Positions 9,078-20,548 of a DNA stretch of 64,000 nt are shown here, piece by piece (positions within the stretch are counted from its first letter, which is position 1; every line of letters starts with the position of its first letter). The notes below the pieces were generated by a model. It did not search any database. It saw only the letters and a list, made by a program, of their open reading frames with translations, and was not told the origin of the DNA. The DNA lies in the NCBI GenBank assembly GCA_963699545.1, contig CAVOUE010000003.1, positions 512,001 through 576,000 on the forward strand, in the 5' to 3' direction. The translations under genes were made by a program, and so were the position numbers. Source of the stretch: Nitrospirota bacterium (GTDB taxonomy: Bacteria; Nitrospirota; Thermodesulfovibrionia; Thermodesulfovibrionales; UBA9159).

Positions 9078-11555
9078 TCACGCCAACTCGATCTTGACGG
9101 CATCCATGGGTGATTCACCGTTCAGGGAAGGGTGCGTCAGCGCATTCACATTGGCATGAGGGAAATGCGTGGGCACAAACACTACGCCTTCAGGCATTTC
9201 GTCCGAGACTATGGCCTTCAGATACACTTCTCCCCTTCTGGATGTCACCTTGACGTATCCTTCGTCGTGGACCTTGTATTTCTTCGCATCCTGCGGGTTT
9301 ATCTGCAGATATGCATCTGAAACCACGGATCCGAGGTTCTTGGAAAGCACGGACAAGGCGCCTGAGTGCTGAAGAAGGTTTGAGGTGATGAGGAGCAGGG
9401 GATACTCACCGTCCGGCTTCTCCGATATCTCATGCGCTGCGGGATTGAATGAGCGAACCTCTTCCCCTGCCGGGCCTCCGGCAACGAGGTCCATGATCGC
9501 CTCCCTGATCGCAGGAAGGTCTTTTTCTCCCAGGTCCCTGTTCATCGTCCTTGCCAGGTTCCTGAATATCTTCCAGTCAGGTACTGATTGTCCCGTTTCA
9601 GGGAGGAGTTTGGGGATTTCCCGGATATTGCCGGTGGCGGACATGAAGATGCCTTCCTTTTCGCCCCAGCTGCTGGCGGGGAGGACTACGTGGGCAAGTT
9701 TTGCGGTGTCGGTAAGGATGATATCCTGAACCACAAGGAACTCAAGTGCCTTAAGTGTTTTTTCGACTGCGGAGATATTCTTGAAGGTGATCAGGGGATT
9801 CTCTCCCATCATATAAAGGGCCTTCACCGCACCGGGCTGATACAGCATTTCATGGGCGTTCTTTCCTCCGGAGAGGGGCCTCACACCGACCTTCCAGGTG
9901 CCGAGGGTGTTGCAGAATTCTGCGGGTATCTGGAGGGTGTCAGCGCTGTCTCCCATGAGGAGAACGAGATTGGCCGCGGCAAACAGGGTGTTCAGACCCT
10001 TTGTGTTTTCAGAAGCACCTGAGGTCAAGGTCAAAAGTCTGTTCTTTGCCCGCGCATATGATCTCGCCAGCTCAATGATCTCATCCTCGGAAAGGCCGGT
10101 AAGCCCGGCAACAGCGGCCGGCGTGAAGCCCGCAAGGCTCTTCACCAGGGTCTCATAGTTCGGGATAGTGAGGTTCTTGTCCTCCATGGGGACTTCCTCA
10201 TCCAGGTCATAGAGTTTCTCGTCCAGGATCACCTTTGCCATACCGTTGAGCAAAGCGATGCCGGAGCCCGGTCTGATCTGGAGCCAGGAGGAGCTGTTCC
10301 TCGCAAGTTTTGTTTCCTTGGGGTCAGCAACGACGAGCTGGGCGCCGAAGTTCCTGGCCTTGATGAAATTAAGCCCCCACACGGGCAGGGTGGAAGTGAC
10401 ATCGGATTCGACAACCAGAATGAAATCAGCCTTCAGCGGCGCATCCCACTGGATCGGCTGGAAGTCAATGCCAAAGGCCTTCTTCACCGCCTTCTGGGCT
10501 TTCGCATACCCGAAGCGGGCAGCAGAATCGATGTTGTCGGTCCCGATAACCTCCCTCATGAAGCTCTGAAGCATATAGTTGTCTTCCATGGTGCACCTCT
10601 GCGAGCCGATGGCACCGATGGCCGAAGGTCCGTCTTTCTCTTTTATGGTCTGGAGTCCCTTCGCGACATGATCGAGGGCCTCTTCCCAACTCGCCTCGAC
10701 AAGCTTCCCGTCCTTCCTGATCAGGGGGGTGGTCAATCTGTTTTCGGAATAAATGTAATCGAAGCCGAACCTGCCCCTGCTGCAGAGGTCCCCATCGTTT
10801 ATTCCCGTACCCTGCTTTCCTCTCGCCCGCACGATCCTGCCGTCCCTGAGGCTGAGGTTTGTGGTACACCCGCAGCCGCAGTAAGGGCAGGTAGTTGCCT
10901 TTTCATCCAGGAACCATACCCGTGATCTGAACCGGTACGGCTTGGACTCCCAGGGCGCCCACGGGACAGGCATCGATGCACTGGCCGCAGAACTCGCAGT
11001 CAAGGGTCTCTTCAAAGGCCGGGCTGATCTTTGACTTGAAGCCCCTGCCCAGGAGACTGATAGCGCCGACGCCCTGATGGTCATAGCAGACCCTCTCACA
11101 TTTGCCGCAGAGGATGCATCTGTTTGGGTTCCTTTCCACAAGGGGGGCCGCGATGCTTTCGGGCTCGTGCTTTCTCTCTCCCACAAAGCGGGATTCGGAC
11201 GGGCCGTACTTGAAAGCCAAGATCCTGGAGCTGACATTCCCCTGCCTTGTCGCAGATGGGACAATCCAGAGGGTGGTGTATCAGGAGGAGTTCAAGTACC
11301 AGTTTTCTGGCCTTGTGGAGTTTCGGGGTCTCCGTATGCACTACCATCCCATTTTCGGCAGGGGTGGAACAGGCGGCAAAAAGCCTCTTCTGTCCCTCCA
11401 CTTCCACTACACAGAGCCTGCAGCCGCCATAGGGTCTGAGCCTCTTGTCGTAGCAGAGGTTCGGGATAAAGATGTCGTTTCCCTTGGCAGCCTGGAGGAT
11501 GGTGGTACCCTGGTTCGACCTTAAGGGATTTTCCGTTTATTTTAAGTTCAATCAT
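9078..11555 (-). CDS. NuoG/FdhF-like Fe-S oxidoreductase subunit (frameshifted)
   Basis: N-terminal 2Fe-2S, HPLDCPICDKAGECQLQD, RCILCGKC, CEFCGQCIDACPVGAL, TTCPYCGCGC, molybdopterin-fold C-terminus; no catalytic Cys/Sec (DSAARFG). Confidence 0.85.
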
Positions 11556-11559
11556 CTTC

Positions 11560-13444
11560 TTATTCCTCCTTTCCCGCAAGTGCCTCGACCTGCTTGTTTC
11601 CGAGCGCCCGCTGGTCAGGGAGGTCCTTGAGGGTCTCACGCATGCTCAGGGGACCGATCTTCACCGAGTCGAACTTGCAGACCTCGTAGCATGACCGGCA
11701 TTGGATGCAGAGGGCCTGATCGATGCGGTGAGGCACTTTCTTCTCACCTGAGATCGCTGTCTGGGGACAAGCCTTCTTGCACAGTCCGCACGCCTTGCAC
11801 TTCTCTTCATCGATATAGAACGTACAGATGTCCTTGCAGACGCCTGTCTTGCACCATTGTTCATTTATATGGGATTCATACTCATCCCTGAAATATTTTA
11901 TCGTTGTCAGGACGGGGTTGGGCGCGGTCTGCCCAAGGCCGCAAAGGGAAGTAGAGATGATGTCATGGGACATGTCCTGGAGCAGCTCTATATCCCCCTC
12001 TTTTCCCTTCCCCTCAGTGATCTTCGTGAGGAGATCAAGCATCACCGTGGTGCCGATCCTGCAGGGAGGGCATTTGCCGCATGATTCCTCGGCAGTGAAC
12101 TCGAGGAAAAATTTGGCGACACTCACCATGCAGTTAAGGTCGTTCATGACGACCATTCCGCCCGAACCCACAATGGCCCCTGTCTGGACGATATCTTCGT
12201 AGGTCACCGGCGTATCCAGGAGATGCTTCGGGAATGCAGCCTCCGGAAGGTCCTCCCAGCTGGACCGCCTTGAATTTCCTCTTGTTCGGCACGCCACCGC
12301 CGATATCATAAATGATCTTCCTGAGGGGGATGCCCATCGGCACTTCGATCAGTCCGATATTGCTTATTGCTCCGCTCAGGGCAAAGACCTTTGTGCCGGT
12401 GGATTTTTCAGTTCCGAGGGTTCTGTACCAGTCGGCACCGTTCAGTATTATCTGGGGGATATTCGCATAGGTTTCGACGTTGTTCAGGACGGAGGGCTTA
12501 TCCCAGAGTCCCTTCTGGGCAGGGAAAGGCGGCCTCGGTCTCGGCATCCCCCGTTTGCCTTCGATGGACCGCATCAGCGCTGTCTCCTCACCGCAGACAA
12601 ACGCGCCGGCGCCCAGATAGATTTCGATATCGAGATTGAACCCCGTGCCCAGGATGTTGTCGCCGAGGAGGCCGTTTTCTTTTGCCTGGTCTATGGCAAG
12701 CTGCAGACGGTGCACCGCCAGGGGATACTCAGCCCTCACATAAATATATCCTTTATTCGCTGCGATCGCCTTTGCGCCGATGATCATCCCCTCAAGGACG
12801 ACGTGGGGATCCGCCTCCATGATACTTCTGTCCATGAATGCGCCGGGGTCTCCTTCGTCACCGTTACAGAGGATGAATTTCTGGTCGCCCTTCACTCTTG
12901 CGCAGAGCTCCCATTTCATGCCGGTGGGAAATCCCGCGCCGCCCCTTCCCCTGAGCCCGGACCTCTTCAACTCGTCGATCACCTGTTCCGGGGTCATCTC
13001 GGTCAGCGCCTTTCCTGCTGCCTGATACCCGTCCCGCGCAATGTATTCTTCGATCTTCTCTGCATCGACGAGACCCTTGTTCCTCAAGGCCCTGAGGACC
13101 TGAAGGCTGAAGAAGGGGATATCCCTCATAAGCGGGATGGTCTGCTTCTTCACCGGCTCCTTATACATGAGCCGTGCCACAGGCCTTCCCTTTATGAAAT
13201 GCTCCTCCACGATGAGGGGGACATCACTGACGGCGACCTTCTCGTAAAAGATATCTTCGGGATAGACCGTCATGACGGGACCTTCCGCGCAGAACCCGTT
13301 ACACCCCGTGAGAACCACGTTTATCTCATTTTCGAGCCCTCTATTTCTCAGCTCTTCATCAAGAGCTTTCTTGATCTTGAGACTGCCGCCGGCGATACAA
13401 CCGGTGCCTCCACACAACATGACACTGGCGCGGTAATTTTCCAT
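11560..13444 (-). CDS. nuoF: NuoF/HydB-type flavoprotein with N-terminal thioredoxin-like 2Fe-2S and C-terminal 2x4Fe-4S domains (one frameshift)
   Basis: CGGTGC, SGLRGRGGAGFPTG, NGDEGDPG, CGEETAL, ESCGKCPPCR, CKACGLCKKAC, CIQCRSCYEVC. Confidence 0.88.
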
Positions 13445-13535
13445 TTCTCCTCCATATATTGGCTCACAGCTCTTGGCTGACAGCTCTCAGCAAGGGAAGA
13501 ACCATGAACTATGAGCTATGAGCTACGAACCGTAT

Positions 13536-13919
13536 TTAATATGCCGTTTCACTGCCCATGACAAGGGCGGAGTCCTGAACGATCTGACCGTTCAGAACAT
13601 GCTCCTTAAATATCTTGCGCATCTTCTCGTCGTCAAGCAGAACATATTTTACGGGGGCTTCACTGATGATCTCCACGGTAGCCATGGGTTCCTTGCTGCA
13701 GAGCCCGGCGCATCCCGAAGTCGCCACGATCACATCCGTCACCTTGCTTGTGTTTATCTCATCAAGCAAGGCCTCCATCACTTTTCTCGCCCCGGCAGCG
13801 ATGCCGCACGTCCCCATATGGACGGTGACCTTAGCCCGGTACCCGCCCTCTCTCAGGGTGAGCATCGCCTTGTGATCTTCCTTTATCTTCTTCAGATCTT
13901 CTATCGTTAATCTGGCCAT
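13536..13919 (-). CDS. thioredoxin-like (2Fe-2S) ferredoxin, HndB/HydD-like
   Basis: VHMGTCGIAAGA, SGCAGLCSKEP. Confidence 0.88.
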   Translation of the reverse strand: MARLTIEDLKKIKEDHKAMLTLREGGYRAKVTVHMGTCGIAAGARKVMEALLDEINTSKVTDVIVATSGCAGLCSKEPMATVEIISEAPVKYVLLDDEKMRKIFKEHVLNGQIVQDSALVMGSETAY

Positions 13920-13928
13920 ATCTGCCTC

Positions 13929-14792
13929 CTATTCGTAGTTCTTCAGCACTTCATTCACCTTGACTGCGCTCAGAGAGCCATAGTAATCCTTGTCCACGAC
14001 GATCACCGGCGCCAGCCCGCACGCGCCGAGGCACCGCACGGTCTCCAGGGAAAACTTCTTGTCCTCTGTGATCCCTCCCACACTGATGGCGAGCCCTTCG
14101 CTCAATTTTTTCACGATCTCTTCCGCACCTTTCACGTAGCACGCTGTTCCGAGGCATACGCGGATATTGTGTTTTCCCTTGGGCTTCATGGTGAAGAAGG
14201 AGTAGAACGACACCACGCCGTGCACTTCGCTCACCGGCAGTTTCAGTCCCTTGGCGATGTGCCGTTGCACGGAAGGCGGTAGGTAGCCGATGAGCTCCTG
14301 GGCCTCCTGGAGCACGGGGATGAGACTGCCCGGCTTTTTCCGATATTTCTTTACGATGGAATCCAGTTCCCTCGCCATGTCTTCCGTATATTCTTCAGGG
14401 GGGGCGGTCCCCGTGACCTCGCCCGCTTTCTTGTAGTCCAGGGCTCTCTGAGTGATCTCAATAAGGAGGGCAGGGGAAAATGGCTTGGGGAGATAATCAA
14501 GGATTCTCAGACCGAGGGCTTCCTTGATGCTTTCCTGGGACGGAAAGCCGGTGATGACCACGATCCCTGTGTCAGGCCTGGAGTTCCTGATCCATCGGAT
14601 AAGTTCGAGGCCGTCAATATCGGGCATCTTGAGGTCAGTGATCACAAGGTCATAGCCGTTCTTTCCCAGCTTGCCGATCGCTTCGTTTCCGTTCGACGCG
14701 CTGTCGACAGTGTATCCTTCCGGCGTGAGGATCCGTTCACAGCTCTTGACAACAACAGGTTCGTCGTCCACAACGAGTATTCTGCCTGGCAT
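13929..14792 (-). CDS. response-regulator receiver domain fused to a NuoE/HydC 2Fe-2S subunit
   Basis: ILVVDDE..TDLKMP..LPKPF followed in frame by LIPVLQEAQ..VCLGTAC..RCLGACGLAP. Confidence 0.9.
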   Translation of the reverse strand: MPGRILVVDDEPVVVKSCERILTPEGYTVDSASNGNEAIGKLGKNGYDLVITDLKMPDIDGLELIRWIRNSRPDTGIVVITGFPSQESIKEALGLRILDYLPKPFSPALLIEITQRALDYKKAGEVTGTAPPEEYTEDMARELDSIVKKYRKKPGSLIPVLQEAQELIGYLPPSVQRHIAKGLKLPVSEVHGVVSFYSFFTMKPKGKHNIRVCLGTACYVKGAEEIVKKLSEGLAISVGGITEDKKFSLETVRCLGACGLAPVIVVDKDYYGSLSAVKVNEVLKNYE

Positions 14793-14929
14793 TCCTTTCT
14801 TTCCTCCTTGAAACCTTATTGTCTATAATAAAAAAATGATCTCTTCTTTATCAAGCATTCCATGTCTCTGCAGCAGACCTTGAAGTTGCGATAAAACGCA
14901 ACTCTAACGGACGTCACAGGAAGAACCCG

Positions 14930-15307
14930 TTAAGATGTCTTTCTGTCGCGAAGCGCCTCTTTCACCGCAGCGATGAGGGTATCCGGCGTGAAGGGTTTTT
15001 CGATATAGTTGTATGCCCCGAGGCGTGTTGCCTCTTCGGCATGCTCCATGGTGCTATACCCTGTTATCATGATAACCCTCGCCTCGGGCTGCATCTCTTT
15101 CATGGTTATGAGGAATTCCATGCCATCCATGTCCGGCATCTTCAGGTCCGTGAGAATGAGGTCATAGTGGTTTTCGCGGGTCAGCCTGAGCCCGTCAGCA
15201 CCATTGCCGGCTACGTCCACCTCATATCCCTCAGGGGTTAAACATTTCCTGCAGCTGATTCGTACGATGTCTTCGTCATCGATCACAAGTATCCGTGGTT
15301 TGCTCAT
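14930..15307 (-). CDS. single-domain response regulator
   Basis: ILVIDDE, TDLKMPDMDG, ITGY, IEKPF. Confidence 0.92.
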   Translation of the reverse strand: MSKPRILVIDDEDIVRISCRKCLTPEGYEVDVAGNGADGLRLTRENHYDLILTDLKMPDMDGMEFLITMKEMQPEARVIMITGYSTMEHAEEATRLGAYNYIEKPFTPDTLIAAVKEALRDRKTS

Positions 15308-15404
15308 GCACTTGCCTCCCTGCCAAATCTAAAATACACCATAGGGCCGGAGGATTCAAGGGTTTCCTCAGACCCTGGGCCTGTCGACCCGCTGGACCGG
15401 TCCC

Positions 15405-15968
15405 TCATCCTTTCAACCCTTCATCGATATCTTCCCGTATGAGCTTCAGCACGTCCGGCGAATTTATCGGGACCTCTGCCAGTTCTTCCCTGATCTCCCG
15501 GGTGTCAAACCGGTAGGTGTAGGCATCTTTCTTATAGGTAAAGAGAACATCAACCCCGGGGTTACCCGCTATCAGCACCATAATGCTGGCTCCCACGTCG
15601 CCTAGCGGTTTCCTGTCTATATGGCTGTTCCTGAAGCTCGCTGAGACCGCGGTGCCCTTTCCCTGTTCCGACGCGATGGAAAAGCGTCCGTCACATTCTT
15701 CCGCTGCCTGCTTGAGGAACGGCAACCCCAGGCCAACCCTTCTCACGGTCTTTGTCGTGAAAAAGGGATCGGTAACCGCCTGCATGGTGGCTTCTTCCAT
15801 TCCCCTGCCGTTGTCCCTTATCTCCATGACGAGGAGGTCGTCTTTCGTATCTTCTTCCACAGTGATCTCGATCCTGTCCGCCCCCGCATCAATGGAGTTT
15901 TCTGCAATGTCGAGGATATGGAGGGAGAGGTCTTCCATGCCGTCAATCCCATGAGAGTGTACGGCCAT
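15405..15968 (-). CDS. HATPase (histidine kinase-like ATPase) of hydrogenase-associated regulatory clusters
   Basis: DLSLHILDIAENS, DNGRGM, DPFFTT, GLGLP, HIDRKPLGD; true start probably ATG at 15938. Confidence 0.85.
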   Translation of the reverse strand: MAVHSHGIDGMEDLSLHILDIAENSIDAGADRIEITVEEDTKDDLLVMEIRDNGRGMEEATMQAVTDPFFTTKTVRRVGLGLPFLKQAAEECDGRFSIASEQGKGTAVSASFRNSHIDRKPLGDVGASIMVLIAGNPGVDVLFTYKKDAYTYRFDTREIREELAEVPINSPDVLKLIREDIDEGLKG

Positions 15969-16686
15969 CAGAGTTCATGAACGCCCGCTTCATCTCATCA
16001 AGTGAAGGCTCCCTCATGGTGAATGTTGTGATCCTTCTCCCGATATCCTTTACGTAATGGGCGTCGGAAAAGGAAACCCAGGGGAATCGCTTCAACCCCC
16101 GGAAGGCGGTCTCGGCTTCACTTCTGCTCAAGCGCGGAGAGAGTTCGAGGGCATCGAAGCGGAGGTCTTCCGGAATAAAACCGAGCTGCGAGAGAACACT
16201 GAAGGCCTCACGGTCGACATGGCTCGCGATCGAGATGCCGCCCAATGACCTGATGAAATCCAGGAGGGCATGCGCAGTGAGACTCGTCGCACCGATCAAC
16301 AGCCTCCGGTTGAACCCCATAACCTCGTTGTTCTCATTTACGATGATCTGGTGTCCGTATAATCGTTCGTCGTTCTCTCCGGCGGGCAGGTTCTTGTGAA
16401 CAACGTCCTGTAATGCCTTTGCATCATCAGGGGACTCAAAAAGGGCGATGATATGCACCTCCTCGGAGGAGGTCACCTCCATGCCCGCCAGGACCACAAG
16501 CCCTGTCCCATCCGCCGCCTTCCATGCTGCTTCGACGTTCTCTGCAGAGTTATGGTCTGTTATGGCGATGAGGTTCAGTCCCTTCTCAAGCGATACGGTC
16601 ACGATCCCCCGGGGGGTCATATCGATTTCGGCGCAGGGAGACAGGCAGGTGTGCATATGCAGGTCGGCATGGAAGGGCTTCAGCAT
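15943..16686 (-). CDS. PHP-domain protein
   Basis: DLHMHTCLSPC, ITDHN, SHVDR, SDAHY. Confidence 0.9.
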   Translation of the reverse strand: MLKPFHADLHMHTCLSPCAEIDMTPRGIVTVSLEKGLNLIAITDHNSAENVEAAWKAADGTGLVVLAGMEVTSSEEVHIIALFESPDDAKALQDVVHKNLPAGENDERLYGHQIIVNENNEVMGFNRRLLIGATSLTAHALLDFIRSLGGISIASHVDREAFSVLSQLGFIPEDLRFDALELSPRLSRSEAETAFRGLKRFPWVSFSDAHYVKDIGRRITTFTMREPSLDEMKRAFMNSDGRTLSWD

Positions 16687-17015
16687 CGGAGCATCGTATA
16701 AAGCATGCCTCCAACCTCAAACGTGGATAAAGGGCTGACCGCAACAACGATACGTTCGTCTTCGGCCTTCTTCAGGGTCTCTTCCTCGGGGTTCCTTTTA
16801 TTCGTAATGATGATGCCGGCAAGGTTCTTAAGGGCCGCCACTGCAACGATGTTGGGATGGGTCTGGAGGGTGATCCAGACCTCTCCCTCGCTGGCATTTG
16901 CCATGACGTCCGAGAGAAGGTCGCTGATATAACACCCCGTGACGGTACGTCCGAGATCCCCCTTTGCCGTCTTCACATCCAACGACAGAACGTCCACAAC
17001 CTCCCGAATATTCAC
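16680..17015 (-). CDS. DRTGG-domain protein
   Basis: YISDLLSDVM, VWITLQTHPNIVAVA. Confidence 0.85.
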   Translation of the reverse strand: MNIREVVDVLSLDVKTAKGDLGRTVTGCYISDLLSDVMANASEGEVWITLQTHPNIVAVAALKNLAGIIITNKRNPEEETLKKAEDERIVVAVSPLSTFEVGGMLYTMLRC

Positions 17016-17458
17016 CGTGTCTTATCCTCCTTGATCTTTATGATTATCTCGACGGTCGTTCCCTCACCCACAACCGAGTCTACCCTGAATTCGTCAGAGT
17101 TTTTTTTCATGTTCGGCAGTCCCATGCCGGCGCCCCATCCCATTTCCCGAACCCAGTCCGGTGCCGTGGAGTACCCCTCCCTCATTGCCTGCTGAATGTC
17201 AGGAATGCCGGGGCCCATGTCGTTGAGAACGACTTTGATATGATCGGGGGTGATCATGTAGTACATCACTCCGGCAACCGCATGGATGATCACGTTCATC
17301 TCCCCCTCAAAGGTGGCGATGGCGGCCCTCCTCACGATATCAGGACTGATGTTGAGGTTGGTCATGATGGATTTCAGCTCACTGGAAGCAGCGCCCGCAT
17401 TGGTAAAATCTCCCCCGGTGAGATGAAAACTCCCCTCTATGTGCTTGTCCACTTCCAT
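17012..17458 (-). CDS. anti-sigma-factor-type Ser/Thr kinase (RsbT-like)
   Basis: EGEMNVIIHA, DMGPGI, GYSTAP, GAGMGLPNMK. Confidence 0.88.
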   Translation of the reverse strand: MEVDKHIEGSFHLTGGDFTNAGAASSELKSIMTNLNISPDIVRRAAIATFEGEMNVIIHAVAGVMYYMITPDHIKVVLNDMGPGIPDIQQAMREGYSTAPDWVREMGWGAGMGLPNMKKNSDEFRVDSVVGEGTTVEIIIKIKEDKTR

Positions 17459-17818
17459 TACCGGTTTTCTCCTGTGCAGCTTCCAAGACCCTCCGCGTAC
17501 AACCTCCCGCAGGCCGTGAACCGTGAGAGCCGTGTAACGATGAGAGTGATGCCTTTTTGCCGGGCCATCTCCACAGCCTCCCGGTCAGGCCTCTTGCCAA
17601 GGACAAAGACCACTGCCTTGATGTCGGCGATCTCCGCCGTTCGTATCACCTGGGTATTGTTCAGCCCGGTAATGAGCAGTGACCTGGGCCTGCTCGAAAA
17701 ATGCAGCAGGTCGCTCATGAGGTCAGAGCTGCAGACAAAAAGGATTTCTGTCTCCCATATCCCCTGTGTTGAGCACCACCTCTCCCTCCAGTATCTCTGC
17801 AATTCTTCCGAGGGTCAT
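17458..17818 (-). CDS. DRTGG-domain protein (5' frameshift)
   Basis: SSDLMSD, LLITGLNNTQVIRTAE; start MTLGRIAE lies in another frame. Confidence 0.82.
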
Positions 17819-17854
17819 GTTTTCACCTTCTTTCTCCTTTTTGCGATACACATG

Positions 17855-19475
17855 CTAGGGCTCCTCAACCATAGTGCTCTCCACCGGCAGTCTCACGAAG
17901 AAACTCGCCCCCCTGCCCAGGTCGCTCCTGACAAAAATATTTCCGCCGTGTTTCTTGATTATCCCGTAGCTCACCGCAAGGCCCAGCCCTGTCCCTTTGC
18001 CCACCGGCTTCGTCGTAAAGAACGGTTCAAATACCCTGCCCAGGTGCTCTTCAGGAATGCCGGGTCCCGTGTCGGTGAACTCGATCTCCACATATCGCTT
18101 GCCGCTGGCGGTGTCTGAGGTGACCCGCGTGGCCACAGTGATCTGTCCCCTCTCGGTCATGGCGTCGGCCGCATTGATGAGAAGGTTGATGAATACCTGC
18201 TGCAGCTGGTTAGGGTCGGTGGATATATGGGGGAGGGAATTGTCAAAATTCAGTGCGAATTTAATGTTATGGAACTTCGCCTGGTTTCTCACCATGGAGA
18301 TGGTGTTCTCCGTTAATGAGTTGATGTTCACAAAGACCTTTTCCGCAGACGTTTTGCGGGAGAATCCGAGGAGCCCCTTGATGATCTTGGAACACCGCTC
18401 TGCCTGTTCGATGATCACCTCAAGGTCCTCGATATCCTGTTTGTTCTCGGGAGGCATCCGCTTCAGCATGAGATGAGAGAACGTGACAATTCCCGTAAGG
18501 GGGCTGTTCAACTCATGGGCGACGCCCGCAGCCATTCTGCCCAGGGAGGCGAGTTTTTCAGCATTGATGAGCTGGTCATGGGCCTTCATGATCTCCGAGG
18601 TTTTTTTCTGGATCTCCTCCTCCAGCGCTTTGGTCCAGTTCTCCATGTTGTCTTTGTATCGCCTGATATCGCTCGCCATTGTATTAAACGTATTGGCAAG
18701 GAGTCCCATTTCGTCCCGGGAGTGGATCTCGATGACGTGATCCAGTTCCCCCTTTGCCAGTTTCTGCATCCCCTCATCCAAAAGAGAGACCGGCTTTGAA
18801 ACAAACTTATAGAGTATGATAAAAAGAGAGAGGGATATCATGACAATAAAGAGACCGCCGAACACGATGGTGCCGAGACGGTTCTGACGTATGACGGTAT
18901 CGACCGTCGCGGTACTGAAATTCGTTTCGAGGATCCCGAGGATACTTCGTTTCCTTCCGGTGATAATGGCAAGATGCGGTGTAACACGAGGGTTCATTGT
19001 AGATGGGGATGACGAACTTCAGGACCTTTACGCCGGCAGCATCCGACAGGATGGCCCAGTTCCTGGCGTTAGCGATAGACGCAATAGGCGTGTCGTGCCT
19101 GTGGCAGAGCTGGCATGTCACGGAGCTCTTGTCAAAGGAACGGCCTACCTCGGATTTCCGAGAAGAGTAGATAACCTTCCCGCTTTTATCGAGGATCGAA
19201 ATGCCCTTGATTTCGGCCCCGGAGCCGATGACCTCCACGGTCTGCTCAATGGCCTCACGATGGGCGGTCATCATATAGTAATTGATTCCTTTTTTCACAA
19301 GGTCTGCCGTGGAGGCGGCGTAGCTCATCAGGTTGTTCATCATGATGTTCTCCTCGTAACGCATGAAGGTGAAGCCGAAGAGGAGACTGCCGAGGGTTAT
19401 GAGGGTGCCGACAGCGATGATGAGTTTGCCGGCGAGGGAGTTCAGGGATTTCCGAATCATCCGGAATTGTATCAT
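17855..19475 (-). CDS. membrane sensor histidine kinase with heme-c-like periplasmic motifs, HAMP, HisKA, HATPase (one frameshift)
   Basis: CQLCH and CYTASCH in the periplasmic part; AAGVAHELNSPL, QVFINLLINA, GTGLGL. Confidence 0.88.
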
Positions 19476-19522
19476 AAAATCTCAGGAAATTATGGGTTAA
19501 AATGGCCCCGGAATTTTTCTTC

Positions 19523-19551
19523 TTGACTACGCCTGCTGCTTCAGGTATAAA
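19523..19551 (+). promoter_or_regulatory. putative sigma70 promoter of the nuo operon
   Basis: TTGACT-17 nt-TATAAA just upstream of nuoA. Confidence 0.55.
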
Positions 19552-19554
19552 ATA

Positions 19555-19938
19555 GTGCGTTTTATGCCGACTGCATTCTTGCCAGAAGAGTATTTGCCGA
19601 TAGTCATCTTTATGATGATCATACTGGCGTTCGGTCTCGGAACGCTGGCAGTGGGTATCGTCCTCAGGCTCCGGAAACCCTACTATGAAAAACTTCTCCC
19701 CTATGAGTCAGGAAATCCTCCCGTGGGAGAACCGCGGTACCGCTTTTCCGTAAGTTTTTATATCGTCGCCATGCTCTTCGTGATATTCGACGTGGAGGCG
19801 GTGTTCCTTTACCCGTGGGCTATTGTGTTTGATCAAATCGGGCTTTTTGCGCTCATAGAGATGTTGCTCTTTATCGCCATTCTTGTGGTGGGCTACGTGT
19901 ACGCATGGAAAAAGGACGCATTCCGGTGGGACCGATGA
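19555..19938 (+). CDS. nuoA: NADH-quinone oxidoreductase subunit A
   Basis: PYESG, FYIVAMLFVIFDVE, YAWKK. Confidence 0.93.
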   Translation: MRFMPTAFLPEEYLPIVIFMMIILAFGLGTLAVGIVLRLRKPYYEKLLPYESGNPPVGEPRYRFSVSFYIVAMLFVIFDVEAVFLYPWAIVFDQIGLFALIEMLLFIAILVVGYVYAWKKDAFRWDR

Positions 19939-20004
19939 GAAGGAGCAGGCACGATGCAGTAAACAGTTTCATGCTGCATACTGCATGGTTTCTACTGCTT
20001 ACTT

Positions 20005-20547
20005 TTGAGAGAAGGTGAGGAAAGCATGATCATAGACGGCGCGACCGCCCTTGTCGAAGTGGAAGAGGGAGTAAAGATACTCCCGGGGGCCAATGCCATC
20101 GTAACGACCCTTGACAAGGTGGTGAACTGGGGAAGGGTCTCTTCCCTTTGGCCCATGGCCTTTGGTCTGGCGTGCTGCGCCATAGAAATGATGACCACAG
20201 GCTCGGCACACTATGACCTTGACCGGTTCGGGATCATCTTCAGGGGCTCGCCGAGACAGTCAGACGTGCTGATCATCGCGGGGACAGTGACGAAGAAGAT
20301 GGTTCCGGTCATACGGAGGGTCTACGACCAGATGCCCGAGCCGAGATATGTCATGGCCATGGGCAGTTGCGCAGGTTCCGGAGGTATCTTTAATACCTAC
20401 AGCACGGTCCAGGGTGTCGACACTTTTCTTCCTGTGGACGTGTATATCCCCGGCTGTCCCCCAAGGCCTGAAGCCCTCATGGAAGGGATCATCAGGCTTC
20501 AGGAGAAGATAAAGAAAGAACATTTCAAGTGGAGCATGTGGAGATAA
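20005..20547 (+). CDS. nuoB: NADH-quinone oxidoreductase subunit B
   Basis: [25 protein letters not shown]. Confidence 0.95.
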   Translation: MREGEESMIIDGATALVEVEEGVKILPGANAIVTTLDKVVNWGRVSSLWPMAFGLACCAIEMMTTGSAHYDLDRFGIIFRGSPRQSDVLIIAGTVTKKMVPVIRRVYDQMPEPRYVMAMGSCAGSGGIFNTYSTVQGVDTFLPVDVYIPGCPPRPEALMEGIIRLQEKIKKEHFKWSMWR

Positions 20548-20548
20548 T

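Noticed and set aside
9078-11555. Formate dehydrogenase or [FeFe]-hydrogenase catalytic subunit
   Set aside because: No Cys/Sec-His Mo-ligand motif (reads DSAARFG) and no H-cluster motifs
16964-18118. Long antisense ORFs (this 384-aa one; also 12710-13480 and 61175-61996)
   Set aside because: Shadow frames opposite well-supported genes, with no recognisable motifs
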